64,000 nt of DNA, from the NCBI GenBank assembly GCA_001244265.2, contig CDLV01000011.1, positions 372,001-436,000 of the forward strand. The letters run 5' to 3'. The stretch comes from Microbotryum violaceum. Its lineage: Eukaryota. The position numbers and the translations under genes are program-made. A model generated the notes under the pieces. The model worked only from the letters and a program-made list of their open reading frames with translations. It did no database searches and was not told the origin of the DNA. Shown piece by piece: positions 12,309 through 24,259 of this stretch (position 1 is its first letter; each line of letters begins with the position of its first letter).

Positions 12309-14750
12309 GTGAACGAGTCAAAGTGGGGCGGAACTCGCGATGGCACGGGGTCGTGCCACAGCATCACGGGGCAAGTGGGAGCGATCACACGCAAGACGGA
12401 AGACATCGCGAAATAGACTGACGTTGGCGTGATTATGTAGACCATTGTGGGCTATTGCGCAGCCCTACTATCGAGACCTCGCTGCTCAGGAACGGCGGGC
12501 GGGGTGGAGGGAAGCCCCCGACCAGCACGGTCGGCACCTCAGGCGTACCTTCAAAGGTAAGCTCAACTAAGCTCTCCCTTTGGGAAGGGCTTACGAGTTA
12601 TTGGCGCGCTTGGCCTGGCCGTTGCCCTCCGAAATTTCAGGGCCATTTTGGGGTGGTTCTCTGTAACTTGGCAAGTACGCGCATCCATGCAAAAAGTGAA
12701 GGACCCTATTGTTCTTTATGCTCTAAAAATGATCTACCCCAAGTGGCGAGAGCTTTCGTAAGCTGTCGCAGCGATCCGAAGTCGGCGATTTTGGCCCATC
12801 GCGCGTCAGATGGTCCGAGCGCATCGTGTAAGTGGCACTCTCATCATCGGCGAGCCTGCTCCGTTCGGCTTGTCCTTTTCAGTCCGCTTCGCTATTCTCC
12901 TCTTTTCACGATGATCGTCGACCACATCCAGCGCGACAATATCTAAAACCAAAAAAGACCCGAACAAGCAGACGCTATACCTCATCAACTCGCCAGAACA
13001 ACCGCCGCGAGGCGGATCTATATATTCGCTGAATTTTGTAGCCGCGATCTCTCGTTATGTCAATACCTGTCGTTGTACTGCAGCCCATCTACACGGTTTG
13101 AAATCCTCTGCGCGCCTTCCCTGCCACTGCTGTTTCCAAAGGAGAAGGCAGTGTTTGGACCATCACTGTCTTCAATGAAGCCTACGGTTGCCAATCGCTG
13201 CTACACACCGGCGATAGCAAGAGCAGATTTACGCGACACCGCTCCAACCTGTTCCACCTCGGTCGGAATGGAAGTTACATCGTATTCCTGGTGAGCGTCA
13301 TGAGGTCACAATGATAGTGACTCAACTGGCGAAGAAGAGGGTGCCATTATCATTCCGCCACGTTTCCCTAAGCGTACAGAACGTCCGATCAAGCGCAGGA
13401 TCCGGGATACGGACGAGAGGGCCAAGCGTGAAACGATCTGTGGCCTCTGCAAAAGGTCCGGACACAACCGAGTCACCTGCGATAGATAAATACACCATTC
13501 GAATCTGAGCATAAGGTGTTAAAAATTTCAATGTTACTACAAGTTGAAGGCATGCTGGTCTGTTTCATATGGAAATCCACTGCGGTCTATACTCATCGCT
13601 CGCTTTCGACTTGGACTCGATGAGGCCCCTGACTTTGCGACGGTAATAACTCACTCAAGGAAGGTATGAAAAGATGAAAAGGAACTAGGCCAAGGCAAGA
13701 AGAGGCCTTGAACACTGTGTCTTGGGGTGGAACACGTGGGTGACCGAGTGCAAATTGCAAATTAGTAGATCTGGGTGGGGGTGGGAGCAAGCGCCGAGTA
13801 AAAAAATAAATTACATGTTCGATTGTCGGAGCCGGTCTTGTGTGCGGCGTGCGGCCAATGCTCGGAGCTCGTCGAGCTGCTCGTTGCTATTGTGATCGAG
13901 GATCGGGATCCTAGAGAATTGCGCATGCAGGAGAATAGATTAGCACCGGCCAACACAAGACTCATGAATCGCGCTGAATTTAACCTCAATTTACAAACTA
14001 ATGAGACGCCAGCCCGCCTGCAGTGAACCCCCCCCCTCCACATCATCTAGTAATGATCAACCATCCCTAGGGTCATCCCATCAACGGACAAGGGATCAAC
14101 AACCCAGCAAGATTCGACCATCTGTAGAGCTTGGAATGTGAAATCGGAAAGCGGTCTCGAGGCAGTTGCACTCATAACGCCAATCTGAGCCAGTTGTCCA
14201 GTGGGCGTATGTGATTGGGGAATCGCCACTAATTGATCAAAGACAGAAAGAGACCTCGTGGGGAGAGCCTGTGCCAAATGTAGCCATTGGAGGGAGACAC
14301 AGGATCTCCGTTCCCCAGCAGAGAAAGCTGTAGAAAAGTTCTGAAGGCTTTCGACTGGTGGCGCCGTCAAACCGGGACCTCACATGTCCACTCAGGCTTT
14401 CCTTGGACGTGTTGTCTCTTTAGTCTCACGAGGTAAAGCAAAAGCATGCAGTGTTGCAGAAAGTAAAAATAGAAGGAAAGCAATGATAATGAAGCAATAT
14501 TAGGTGTGGCGGGTTAGCGGTGGTCGTGGTGGCGCGGGGTAGAAGAAACGTGCATAACAGAGGCGAAGATCATGAGATGGATGATGCAAGGGCGTTAAGG
14601 AGGGGTAGAGCAAGCGAGGCCAGAGTACGGATGCGACGTTATGGACGGGACCGATAAGGGTGAAGCCAAGGTAGAGTCGGTGACAAGAGGATAGAGCAGA
14701 GGGCAACGTATACGGAACAGAGGTATAGGGACGAAGCGGGACAAGGCGGT

Positions 14751-16658
14751 TTAGGCGGCGGCGACGACGGGCTCGGCCTCCTTTGCGGCTTCGGCCGGTG
14801 TCTCCACTACAGCGGGTGCGGCAGCCTAAAAAGCACACAATAATAATTTAGCAAAATAGTGTAGTTAACACATGGGAGTGCGAAACAGCCAACTCACCTC
14901 GACGACCTTGGACTCTTCGGCGGCAGCTTCTTCGACCTTGGGCGCTTCCGGGACGGGCTCGAGCTCCTTGGGTGCCTCGACAGCTGGAGTTTCCTCAACA
15001 ATGGCAGCAGGACCGGGGTTGACAGGTGCGACCGTATCGAGCTTCGACTCGTCGATTGCCGTTTCGACTTTCGGTGCACCCTCGACGGCGGCGGCACCTT
15101 CGGCAGGTGAACTCTTCTCCTTCTTGGGCGATTGGAAGAGAGCGCCCACTCGGGCTGACAAGCGTCGGGAGAGCTTGAGCGCGTCCTTCTTGGGCTTGTC
15201 CTCTTTCTGTGAACTCGCCAAAACGTTTCAGTTACTTTACCTTGATGAGGTCTGGTTAGCCCAATCGGACGCACCTCCACGTGGGCCTCAGGAGAAGCGG
15301 AGGTATCGGCAACAGGGGTTTCGGCAGCGATCGGGGTTGTATCAGCCACCTTGACCTCCTCGGCAACGACCGGTGCCTTCAAGAACAAAGACAAAGACAA
15401 TCAGATCATGTCTACCGCAATAAACTCGATGCTCATTGAGTCAACTCACCTCGGTAGCGGGGGCAGCCTGGGGTTCCACAACTTGGGGCACAGAGGCAGC
15501 CTCCTCCGTCACCGCTGTAGGATCACGTAAGCAAAGGGCGCCGAGCAGTCAATATAAAGAACAGTCACGGTAGCTGATGCTGCTCACCCTTCTCGGACTT
15601 CTTTTCGATCTTCTTGTCAAAGAATCCGATGACCCTGGGAAGGCGAACAACGGGTTAGTGACAACGGTAGAGACCAAGCGAGAAATGACACGAGACTGAC
15701 TTCTCGACCAATGTGGGGGACTTGGGGCGCTTTTCCTTGACGGTCTTCTCCTCCTTTGCCTCGGGGGCGGCCGCGGCGGGCACCTCTGCTTCGGCGACGT
15801 TCTCCTTGGCTAGTGAACCGGCAAAAACTACATTGCGTCAGGACATCAAGTGTGCAAGTAAAGTTTCGATTCGTCATTGGCAGCTCACCGGCTTCGGTCA
15901 CAGCCGGTGCTGGCGCCTCGCCAGCCTTAACAGGTTCCTCAGCAACAGAACTTGCCGACTCCTTGTGCTGCGGTGGAGGGCCGAGGAGGGAGGGGGTGAG
16001 ATTCTCGTCAGCTATGAGCGCTTTGATCGAACGGGTCTGAGGCTCATGTTGGATAGATAGCGCTCCTGCCAGAAGGTGAAACTGATTCGAATAGATCTTG
16101 ACAAGAAAGGCTCCAAGAGTTGATCGGAAGCGGCCGTTCCAGCAGCGTCCGGCTCCGTCGAGCACAGACCCCCTTGTCTTCCGAGCTTCGCAGCCGCCAT
16201 GTGGAGACCTACGTGCAGGGTCACTCAAATCGATCGGTGCGCCGTTGATGAACCAGGGGGAGGGGCATCATTCAACGTCACTCGCTACAATACCAGTGAA
16301 GGTGCATAACGCTCGACGAAGAAGATTGAGCCGAGACCACACCGGTGACGGGAAGAGACGCCTAGCACCCGACACAAAAGGCCATTGTTCCGAGAGCCTG
16401 GCACCTAGACGGTCCTAGCCCACGGGACAGCACACGTGGGAAAACGGAGGAACATACCTTGAACAACTTGTTCTTGAGATCAGTCAAGGGTGTCCTCTTC
16501 TTGGCCTCGACGGCAGTAGCAACGGGGGCGGCGGGGGCATCGGCAGCAGGAGCGACAGCCGGGGTGGTCTCCTCTGTCGCGGCGGGGGCAACGGCGGCGG
16601 TCTCGACGGGCGTATCGGGGGCAGCAACGACGGGGGTAGTTTCAGCGACGGCAGCCAT
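14751..16658 (-). CDS. Low-complexity Ala/Glu/Pro/Lys-rich disordered protein, multi-exon
   Basis: Strongly biased codons, canonical splice sites; MAAVAETTPVV..KKRTPLTDLKNKLFK, LSRRLSARVGALF, ending VVAAA*. Confidence 0.75.
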
Positions 16659-17611
16659 TGCGATCTGGACAGGAGCGGGTAGGGTTGGAGCAGTAACAAG
16701 TTCGATCGTGTCAGTCGGAGCTAGTGGCAAAAACTCGCGCAGGCGGGCTTGCGAGCGTGCGTTCGTGTAGATTCCACGAGGCGCGCGAGGTCCTGAGCGC
16801 CTCCTTTCATCCGAGATCACCCACACCGCCACCGCCACCTCGCCGAGGCCACCACCGAAGGAGCACCACACGATGTGAATGCATTCAACTCACTGAGGTG
16901 TCTTGTCGAGGACGTGGGGGTAGAAAGAAGAGGCGAAGAAAAAAACGAGGAAGGACGGAAGGGAAGGAGGTCCAAGCAAAAGGGTGGGCGAGTGGTGGGA
17001 AGGAAGCAAAGGGAACGCGCTAACCACCGGCTGGGGGCGATTGAGACGAACGCTCTCGCGCGCGCGCAGACGCCGCCCCGGCTGTTTGTGCGTTGCGCCC
17101 GCCTGGGGGTTGGGAGCGTGGTTTTTTGCTCAACAGGAGGCCCGTGGTGTCTCATACCATCCGCGACAAGGACGGCAATCCTCCATCTGCAGATCATCCG
17201 CCCGTCGTTGTTAGTTATCACGTGCCTATGCGTGATGTCATTCGTGTGACCTTCTTTCAAATACTGCCCCCTGTCCCTCCGCCATGACCGATGCACTGCC
17301 ATGTATCCATTTGCGTGCTGACATCAGTCCATGAACATCTGAGAGCGTGTCTTCGAGACGTGCACACGGTGCCTGCGTAGATCGCAGGTTGACAGATTCG
17401 CAGTAGTGTTCTTGGAGAGCTTAAGGCATTTCAAAAGCGCTCAGGAACCCTTCTCAAGGCCTCCACAGTCTTCCCGTGTCGCGCGCTCGAGCCAGAAAAG
17501 GTGTTTTCGAATCGAGGTATGGTAACCCAAAAAACAACCCAACAACTTTTTGTATATAGAGAGACAGTAACACACATCGAGAGAATAACACATCACCCAC
17601 CCATCCCCCGA

Positions 17612-19878
17612 TTAATCCATCTTGACTAGATCCTTGAGCGCCTTGCGGCACCTCTCCTCGCCGTCCATTCCGTCGTCGCAGTAACCGGTCCAATCGGTCT
17701 CATGTCGGACGAGTCCTTCACGGACTACATCGTTGATGAAGTGGTCTCGGCCTTCCTTCCATTGCTCCTTGGTGTAACGGTTGGGTTGCGAGCCGGACAG
17801 GACGACTGTGATCGAAGAGCCCGTCAGTGTTCAGTAACGATGCTGTCGATAGCTCACAATCCGAGAGCTCAACTCACCAGTGTGTCTCTCAGGGTACCTT
17901 CCCTTCTTGCGATCCCAAGCGACGTGCGACAACGAGTCACGGCCCTTGTAACGCTCGCCTTCCTCCTGCAGCCACGCCCTGCCCATCGAACCCTTGATGC
18001 CCGAGTACTCGGACGAGAAGACTCGACTCGCCCGACTGTGTCCGGTCACAAACGATGCCATGGCCCAGATGCCCAGCTCGGTCGAAATGGCAGGGATCGT
18101 ACGGGTGAAGAAGCCCGGTACCGCACTGTACCATAATTTGGTCTGGGAGAATTGAAGGCGCGAAGGGATCGGAGAAAGGTAGAGGAACGAGTGCGTGAGT
18201 CGCGGGTTGATCGTCGCGAAGAGTGACGACGCCAGGGATCCATAGCCTTGCGAGACCAGGACAAATCCCGAGCGGGCCAAAGGCGTGGGGGCGAACTTCG
18301 TCTCAAGCTCCTGACCAATAGTCGAGTTGTCGACAGAGGCAAGCGAACTCGGTGGCTCGAGGCGAGCCATCTCACCAGCGGCGGTAAGTGCTTGTGACAA
18401 GGCCGTGACGACCTCGGGAAGTGCAGATGTAGGCGAGCTGTCACTGAGCCCATACCCAGGTCGATCCCAGTAGCAAACCCTCGTCTCAAAGTCACCGCTT
18501 GTCAATTCGCCCTCCTTGAGCATCTTGAGCACCCATCGTGCGCTTTCGGCGCCCGAGATTCCCTGATCCGACTCGATGAGGATCGTTCGCCTGATCGCCT
18601 CCCGTCCAGGAGGAATCAGGCTCGACTTCACACGAGGTGGCAAGGGATCATCGATACCAACACCTCGGCAAGCGAGGTGAACCTTGAAAGGTCGGCCTCC
18701 GGTGTTGAACACACTGCCGCCCGTCTCGGGGAAGTTCTTGCGCATGTAGAGCCAAGGGTCGACCTTCCAGAGTTGGCCGGGGACGTCGAGCGACGAGTCG
18801 ACGGTGCGGATGAAAACGCTGATCGAAAGCAAGAAAAAGGCGATGACGACGCCAAGGTGCAACAGGGCAAGAGGAAGCGAAACGTGGATCACATCCCAGA
18901 CGCCCGAAGCAACCCGACGTAGACTGTCCCAGAAGGTGAAACTAGGTGCGTCACGCTCGACAGGGACCGGGTCGGCCATGAGCAAAGGCGCGTAACGCTC
19001 CGCCAAGAGCGTAGAAAGACCGGCGTGCAGACTCGAGACGATGGACAAGGCGAGAAGAAGGAAGGTCAAGACACCCTCGTGTCGACGAAGCTGCGTGACG
19101 GCGACGACGAGGATGAGGATCACGAGCGCCGAGAAAGCCGAAATCCATGAGGTGAGAGCAGAGAAGGCAGGTGCCTCCTTGGGGTAGACGAACGAGAGCA
19201 ACGCGAGACTGTGTGAGGGCCGTGAGGTAAGTTGCCAGAGACAGGAAGATACGCTTCTCTCGCATACTCACACGTTGGTGATGCTTGACAAGAATGCTAC
19301 CCAGATCGGAAGGAAGGTCGATCCTCGATGGGCCGGCAAGGCGTTGTGGGCGATGAAGGGGGATTTGATCGAGAGGATCGAAAGGAAGAGGAACGACACG
19401 TTCACGTCTGGCATGAGAGGTACGTATGTCAGTCATGGGCTCTTGTTTCGACTCAATAAATTCCTATTCGCTACTCACAGAGTAGGATGACAACGATGGC
19501 AAAGTCGATCTTGAGTCGCCATGGCCGAGGCTGCTTGTGGAGGGGCAGCGAGTCCGGATCACTGGTGCCATTGCCATCGTCCTCAGTCGCTCCGTTTGAG
19601 TTGACGCGCACGACCGCATCTCCACCTGTGTTGTTGAAGCGGGATTGAATCTTGGGTTTGCCGGTGTTGTTGCGGTTCCTCGACGAGGCGATGAGGGGAG
19701 TGCGTTCCGTAGCCGACGCGGCGGGTGGGGCTTCAACGTCGAGCGAATCGATCTCCGCGGGAGGGCCCGACAGGGAAGGTGTCTCGGTCGAGTAGGGATT
19801 GTCCGAGTAAGGGTTCTCATCCGAGGAGGCGTTGTCGCCGAGGACTCGCGAAGGCGGCTGCGACGATTGACCACTCAT
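17612..19878 (-). CDS. Integral membrane protein with C-terminal alpha/beta-hydrolase-like domain
   Basis: Several N-terminal TM helices, then VHLACRG, RVCYWDRPGYGLSDSSP, FVLVSQGYGS; spliced end KALKDLVKMD*. Confidence 0.82.
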
Positions 19879-21320
19879 GACTGCGGCTGGGCGACTTCCG
19901 CACGTGTCCGGTTGCTCTGTACGCGGCGGCAGAAGTGAACGGGTGCCTGGGTGAGCTCGTGACAACCAAAGACACCAGTGGACCTTCACAACAGGCAAGC
20001 AAGATTCGTAGACACTCACCACCAAGGACGAGACGAGGGCGGGTGTGACGGGTGTGACGGGTGAAGCCAAGGGTGCACAGGGTGCGAGTGCATCGACGGC
20101 TCGACTGGAGTTCATCTCGGCAACGAGACGACTGGCCAATGTACGTCATCCATCGGGGTAAACTTCGTAAGGGAGAGTCTGGGCCCTGGGCCTATCGGAG
20201 GCGCGTGGCCCGTCAAAAGCTTCAAAAGTCTATCGACGACAAAAAAGATAACTATGGACAAAATCTAACACAGAGAAACACACGCGCCAAATGCAAATAT
20301 TGCTTTTGCCAGGACTGGACAAAAATAAACCCAAAATAAACCCCCAGGCGCGCGCGCGTGTGAAGCTGTGAAGCATGCGAAGCCTAAGAGGCAAGGGCTG
20401 GTATACGTAGTATGTAGGCGCTGAACAACAAATGACTCCCCGTTAATAATCCCGCGCCACTCCCTCGAACCTTTTCTTTTTCCCTCACACTCTCATCGAA
20501 TTTGGTGACACTCCTTCAAGGGGAAATCCTCGGCACTATGCCCCGGTCCCAAGGTCGCCAGGGAGGGCATCGCAACCTCGCCAAGTCTTGGACGCGAGGG
20601 TCCTAGCGCCGTACCATGAGCCTGCTCGAGCGCCCGGTGCTGGGCGCCCCGCGGCTCGACCCTCCTCTTCGTCCCGCTCCGATCAACAGAATCAGCCCCC
20701 CGCGCCTTATGACAACAACCCAACCGATCTTGGTATTGTGGTTCGTATACGAGCCCGCCGTTCAGCTGTGCAGAACGGTCAGCGGGGCCAGCACGATGGC
20801 CGACCCGACGCTGAGCTCGCCCCACCACCACATCCTCCTGCGCAAAGGCGCATACACAAGGCTCGAATCGCGCTCAAACCCCTCAAGCCCCACGTTTCGA
20901 TCCGCGAATACCTCGGCCCCCAGATGGCCGTGTACACCCACTGCAAGGATTGGCACTGGGAGTGCGAAAGGACGAAGTCGACCGGACACTTTAGCACGAG
21001 CCCGAGCTACGAAGTCAAGTCAACGAGCCACGAAGAAGTGTGATGATTATCTGCCAACGATGGGACGCAAACTACTCCGGGCTATATCTCTACAACCTAA
21101 TGAGGCGACTTGGAAGATGACCCGGTGCATAGGCCGGTAGAATTGCAGGAACTGGAGGGCTCCTCATCCCGGGCGGTTGGCAGCGTGACCACGGTCTCCT
21201 GGGGTGCGCATGGACTGAGCGAAGAGGAGAACACGCGAACAAGTGCTCGAGTCTCTTCTTCGCTGTACCGTCGCAGTCAATCAACTGCTCGCTCGCTGAT
21301 AGGTCTTTCCATGATACCGA

Positions 21321-22827
21321 CTAGCTCGAAGTTAGGCGAGCAGCTCTGCCATTTCTGGAGTTCCCGACTCGCCTCGCCGCTTTCGACGACTCCGACGACC
21401 AACCGCGCCCCAAGTCCAGTGCAGTCTGGACCGGCGAGAAAGAAACATTGATCACGCCAGCTGAAAACGCCGGCTTGAGACGGTAGCTGCGTAGTGAGCG
21501 AGCGCCTTGTGCTCAAGCCAAATTTTGCAATATGACAGGGACGTTCGTAAGGATGCACCACGAGCGAAAGTTGGTCGGCGTGAGGCCCACTAGTCCTGAC
21601 AGCGTATTCATGGCATGTAGCAACAATGAAGGAGACGATATGGACAAGCGCGGCTCGGGCTAGACTGATCACATACGCACGCACTTCCTGACATCGCCTT
21701 CCTGAAGGAGTGCTTCGTCGACACCTCCATGATCCTCTTCACGCGTGCGGCATCGGGCTATGGTTAGCTCGATTAGGTCAGGAAGGCCCAATAAAGCGGT
21801 ATGCTTCGCAGCTCTGATGTCGATGGTGTTCTCAAACTTGAAATCGGGGACAGCATCGAAGCGTATGCCTCTCTCTGCGCATAGTGCGGAGTGATCAGAG
21901 ACCTGGATGACCCCAACCAGTCGCGGCATCGCCACACGAGAACCAGAGAGCACAACCACACCGTCCCACTCACTTTTAAAATGTGCTTCTTCCCATGAGG
22001 TGAGGTTTCCGGGATGAAAGAGGTAACGCGATGCGAATTGCTGATTCAAGATCGCACGACCCTCCTGCCACGATCGCAACCCTCCAAACGGGCCGAGGCG
22101 AATTGCGAGATTGTCGGAGATGCGGAGTGGGGGGTCCAGCTTGGGATGCTTGGAGTTGAAGTCTCGAATGAAATCGCTGCGAAGGAGATGCGTGGCTGGG
22201 GGTGACGGTGATGGACAAGTCACCGAGGGAGGTCAGCGCCACCTGGCCGACCACGACGAGCACGACGTCGTACCAAAGCCGGTCCAGTCGCGTATTCGGA
22301 GGAGCTCGATGTCGACCAGCCACTCATAATACAGTGCTTCCTTCCATTGCTTGCGCACGTTTGCCGAGAGCAGATTGTAGCTCCAAGTGTGCCCGAGTCG
22401 GGTCGTCTCCTCGTTGTAGCGCGCCATCACGGCCCGGATGTAGACGCAGAGCTGGTTCCAGGTCGAAGCCGACACGGCTTGCCAGATGACTTCACTCTCA
22501 AGGTGGTGCACAAACTGCTTGCTAGACCTTACATCGCAGTAGGTCTCCAAGTAGAAGTCGGAAAGCGCCGCGGGTAGGAAGCGCTCGTGTTTGTCGAGGA
22601 GCACTTTGAGATGCCCATTGCAGTGCCGTAGGTGATTGCGATGTTCGATGGGGAATGCGGATCGTCTCAATGTTGGTGGGAGCGTGCAGCTCTCGGTGAC
22701 TGTTGTGACGGGTGGGGGCCTGACCAAGGTTGACTAGGTTGAGACGCGAGTCAGCGAGCCAGCCATCAGTGAAGACGATCGCCAAAAGGCACACTTGTCG
22801 CAATTCCGCGGGGGCGCCAGAGCCCAT
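21321..22827 (-). CDS. Orphan hypothetical protein (about 390 aa, 4 or more exons); ends uncertain
   Basis: ORFs 22233-22727 and 21669-22223 join in frame through the intron 22196-22273 (GTACGA..GCTGAC..CAG); further plausible introns on either side; no family recognised. Confidence 0.55.
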
Positions 22828-24259
22828 TATCCTTTCTTCCGAGTACAAGAACAAGTCCGCGAGCGGGAAGTGGGTCAGCCGAGACGCATATTGAGGTCGA
22901 TCACTTACTCGATCCTAAGCACTTGCAGATCCCCGTTCTAGGGGACGATCTGTTCTGTCGTATCAACAATGGTTCCGAATGATCGAGTCGGACAGAAGAA
23001 GAGACCCTTTGGACCAGGAGTCGGATCTGGGTCGCTTCCAATCATTCGAAACTCATTCGAAAAGCTTTAGACGTGTCAAGCTATCCGGACCCTGATACCA
23101 GTGCAAGGTCTACTAAAACACCTCCCCTTGAAACCTTTACACTGCTTATAGGCTATTGCAACTCGTCGACACTAAGTCCCAGTCGGACTTTGTGTCAACC
23201 TTCTGCGGCGGCTCAGGTAGTACTAGTAGCTCTGTGCTACCTCACTGAGAAGATTTACATGTAAGTTCCTATAACAGGTCCTCAGATGAGCGGGGTCGTT
23301 CCCGAGGGGAGATGGTTTCAGCTCGACATGTGGCAGTGCCAGTGACCAGGTTCGCCGAGTGGCAAGGGGAGCACCATCAGATCGAGGGAGCTCGAGGCGA
23401 CGTCCTCTGTACGACCTTCGGCTGTGCGAACGCGGCGTGGGCAGCAAGGCCGCACGACAAGCTGTTTCACTGCTAATACTTCTTCACGTCGGATGAACGC
23501 AGTACAGTTAGCCGTCGGCAAATGAAGGAGCTTCACGACGAAGCAAGCCGCGGGCGGCGGATCATTCGATCCGAGCGTGCACAAGGGTGCTTAGCTGTGG
23601 AATGGGAATGTTGTGCATAGAACTTTGACCGACAGGAAGAATAGTAGGCCGACTATCCACTTAGTTGCACGTTCATGCATGTGTATGCATTCGTATGCTG
23701 GCGGGACAGAGGCTGTACTCGGCTGCCACTGCGACGGCGACTGCGCGATCTGGGCCGATTTCGCACCGAGTGGGGGTGGGGGTGGGGCTGCAAGAGTCAA
23801 GTGAAGCGTCATCGTGCCTGCTGAATGAAACAACGGAGAAGGTGGGTTCCTCCATCAAATGGATTCAGTGGATCTAAGATGTATGTTGGAGCTCTATAAT
23901 TGCTTTGAGAGATGATCCCGTGGGTCGATGACTCGAGTACTACCACGCCGTGTCCAGCCACGTGCATCAGCGGGTATAGGTCGTCGCCCAGTCTCCCCAA
24001 AGTGGCCATTACTCATACTGAATATTGGCGCGGGCCAAAATTGGCGAAAAGGGCCGCGGCGGACCTTCCCATGCGATCCCATGCGTTGCCGTCATCTGCC
24101 GTCATCGCAAGCGCGCAAAGCCATTTGCTCACTTCCTCCGATTTGCGCATTTCCGCACTGACCTGACCACCTGCAGTCGAGTGATCAGGCTCGCCCGTCC
24201 CCCCTGTAGCTCTCCACCCCACCTCAGAGTCAGTTGGATCAGCTACCTACGTGCGAAAT

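Noticed and set aside
20588-21140. Overlapping plus-strand ORFs of 151 and 174 aa
   Set aside because: No recognisable motif or convincing start/splice model; cannot be supported without expression data
22233-22235. In-frame TGA between two same-frame ORFs, suggesting readthrough or selenocysteine
   Set aside because: It lies inside a 78-nt intron (22196-22273) as part of the GCTGAC branch site
23000-24250. Short ORFs and TCATTCGAAA direct repeat upstream of PhoD
   Set aside because: No coherent gene model, terminal repeats or transposase motifs
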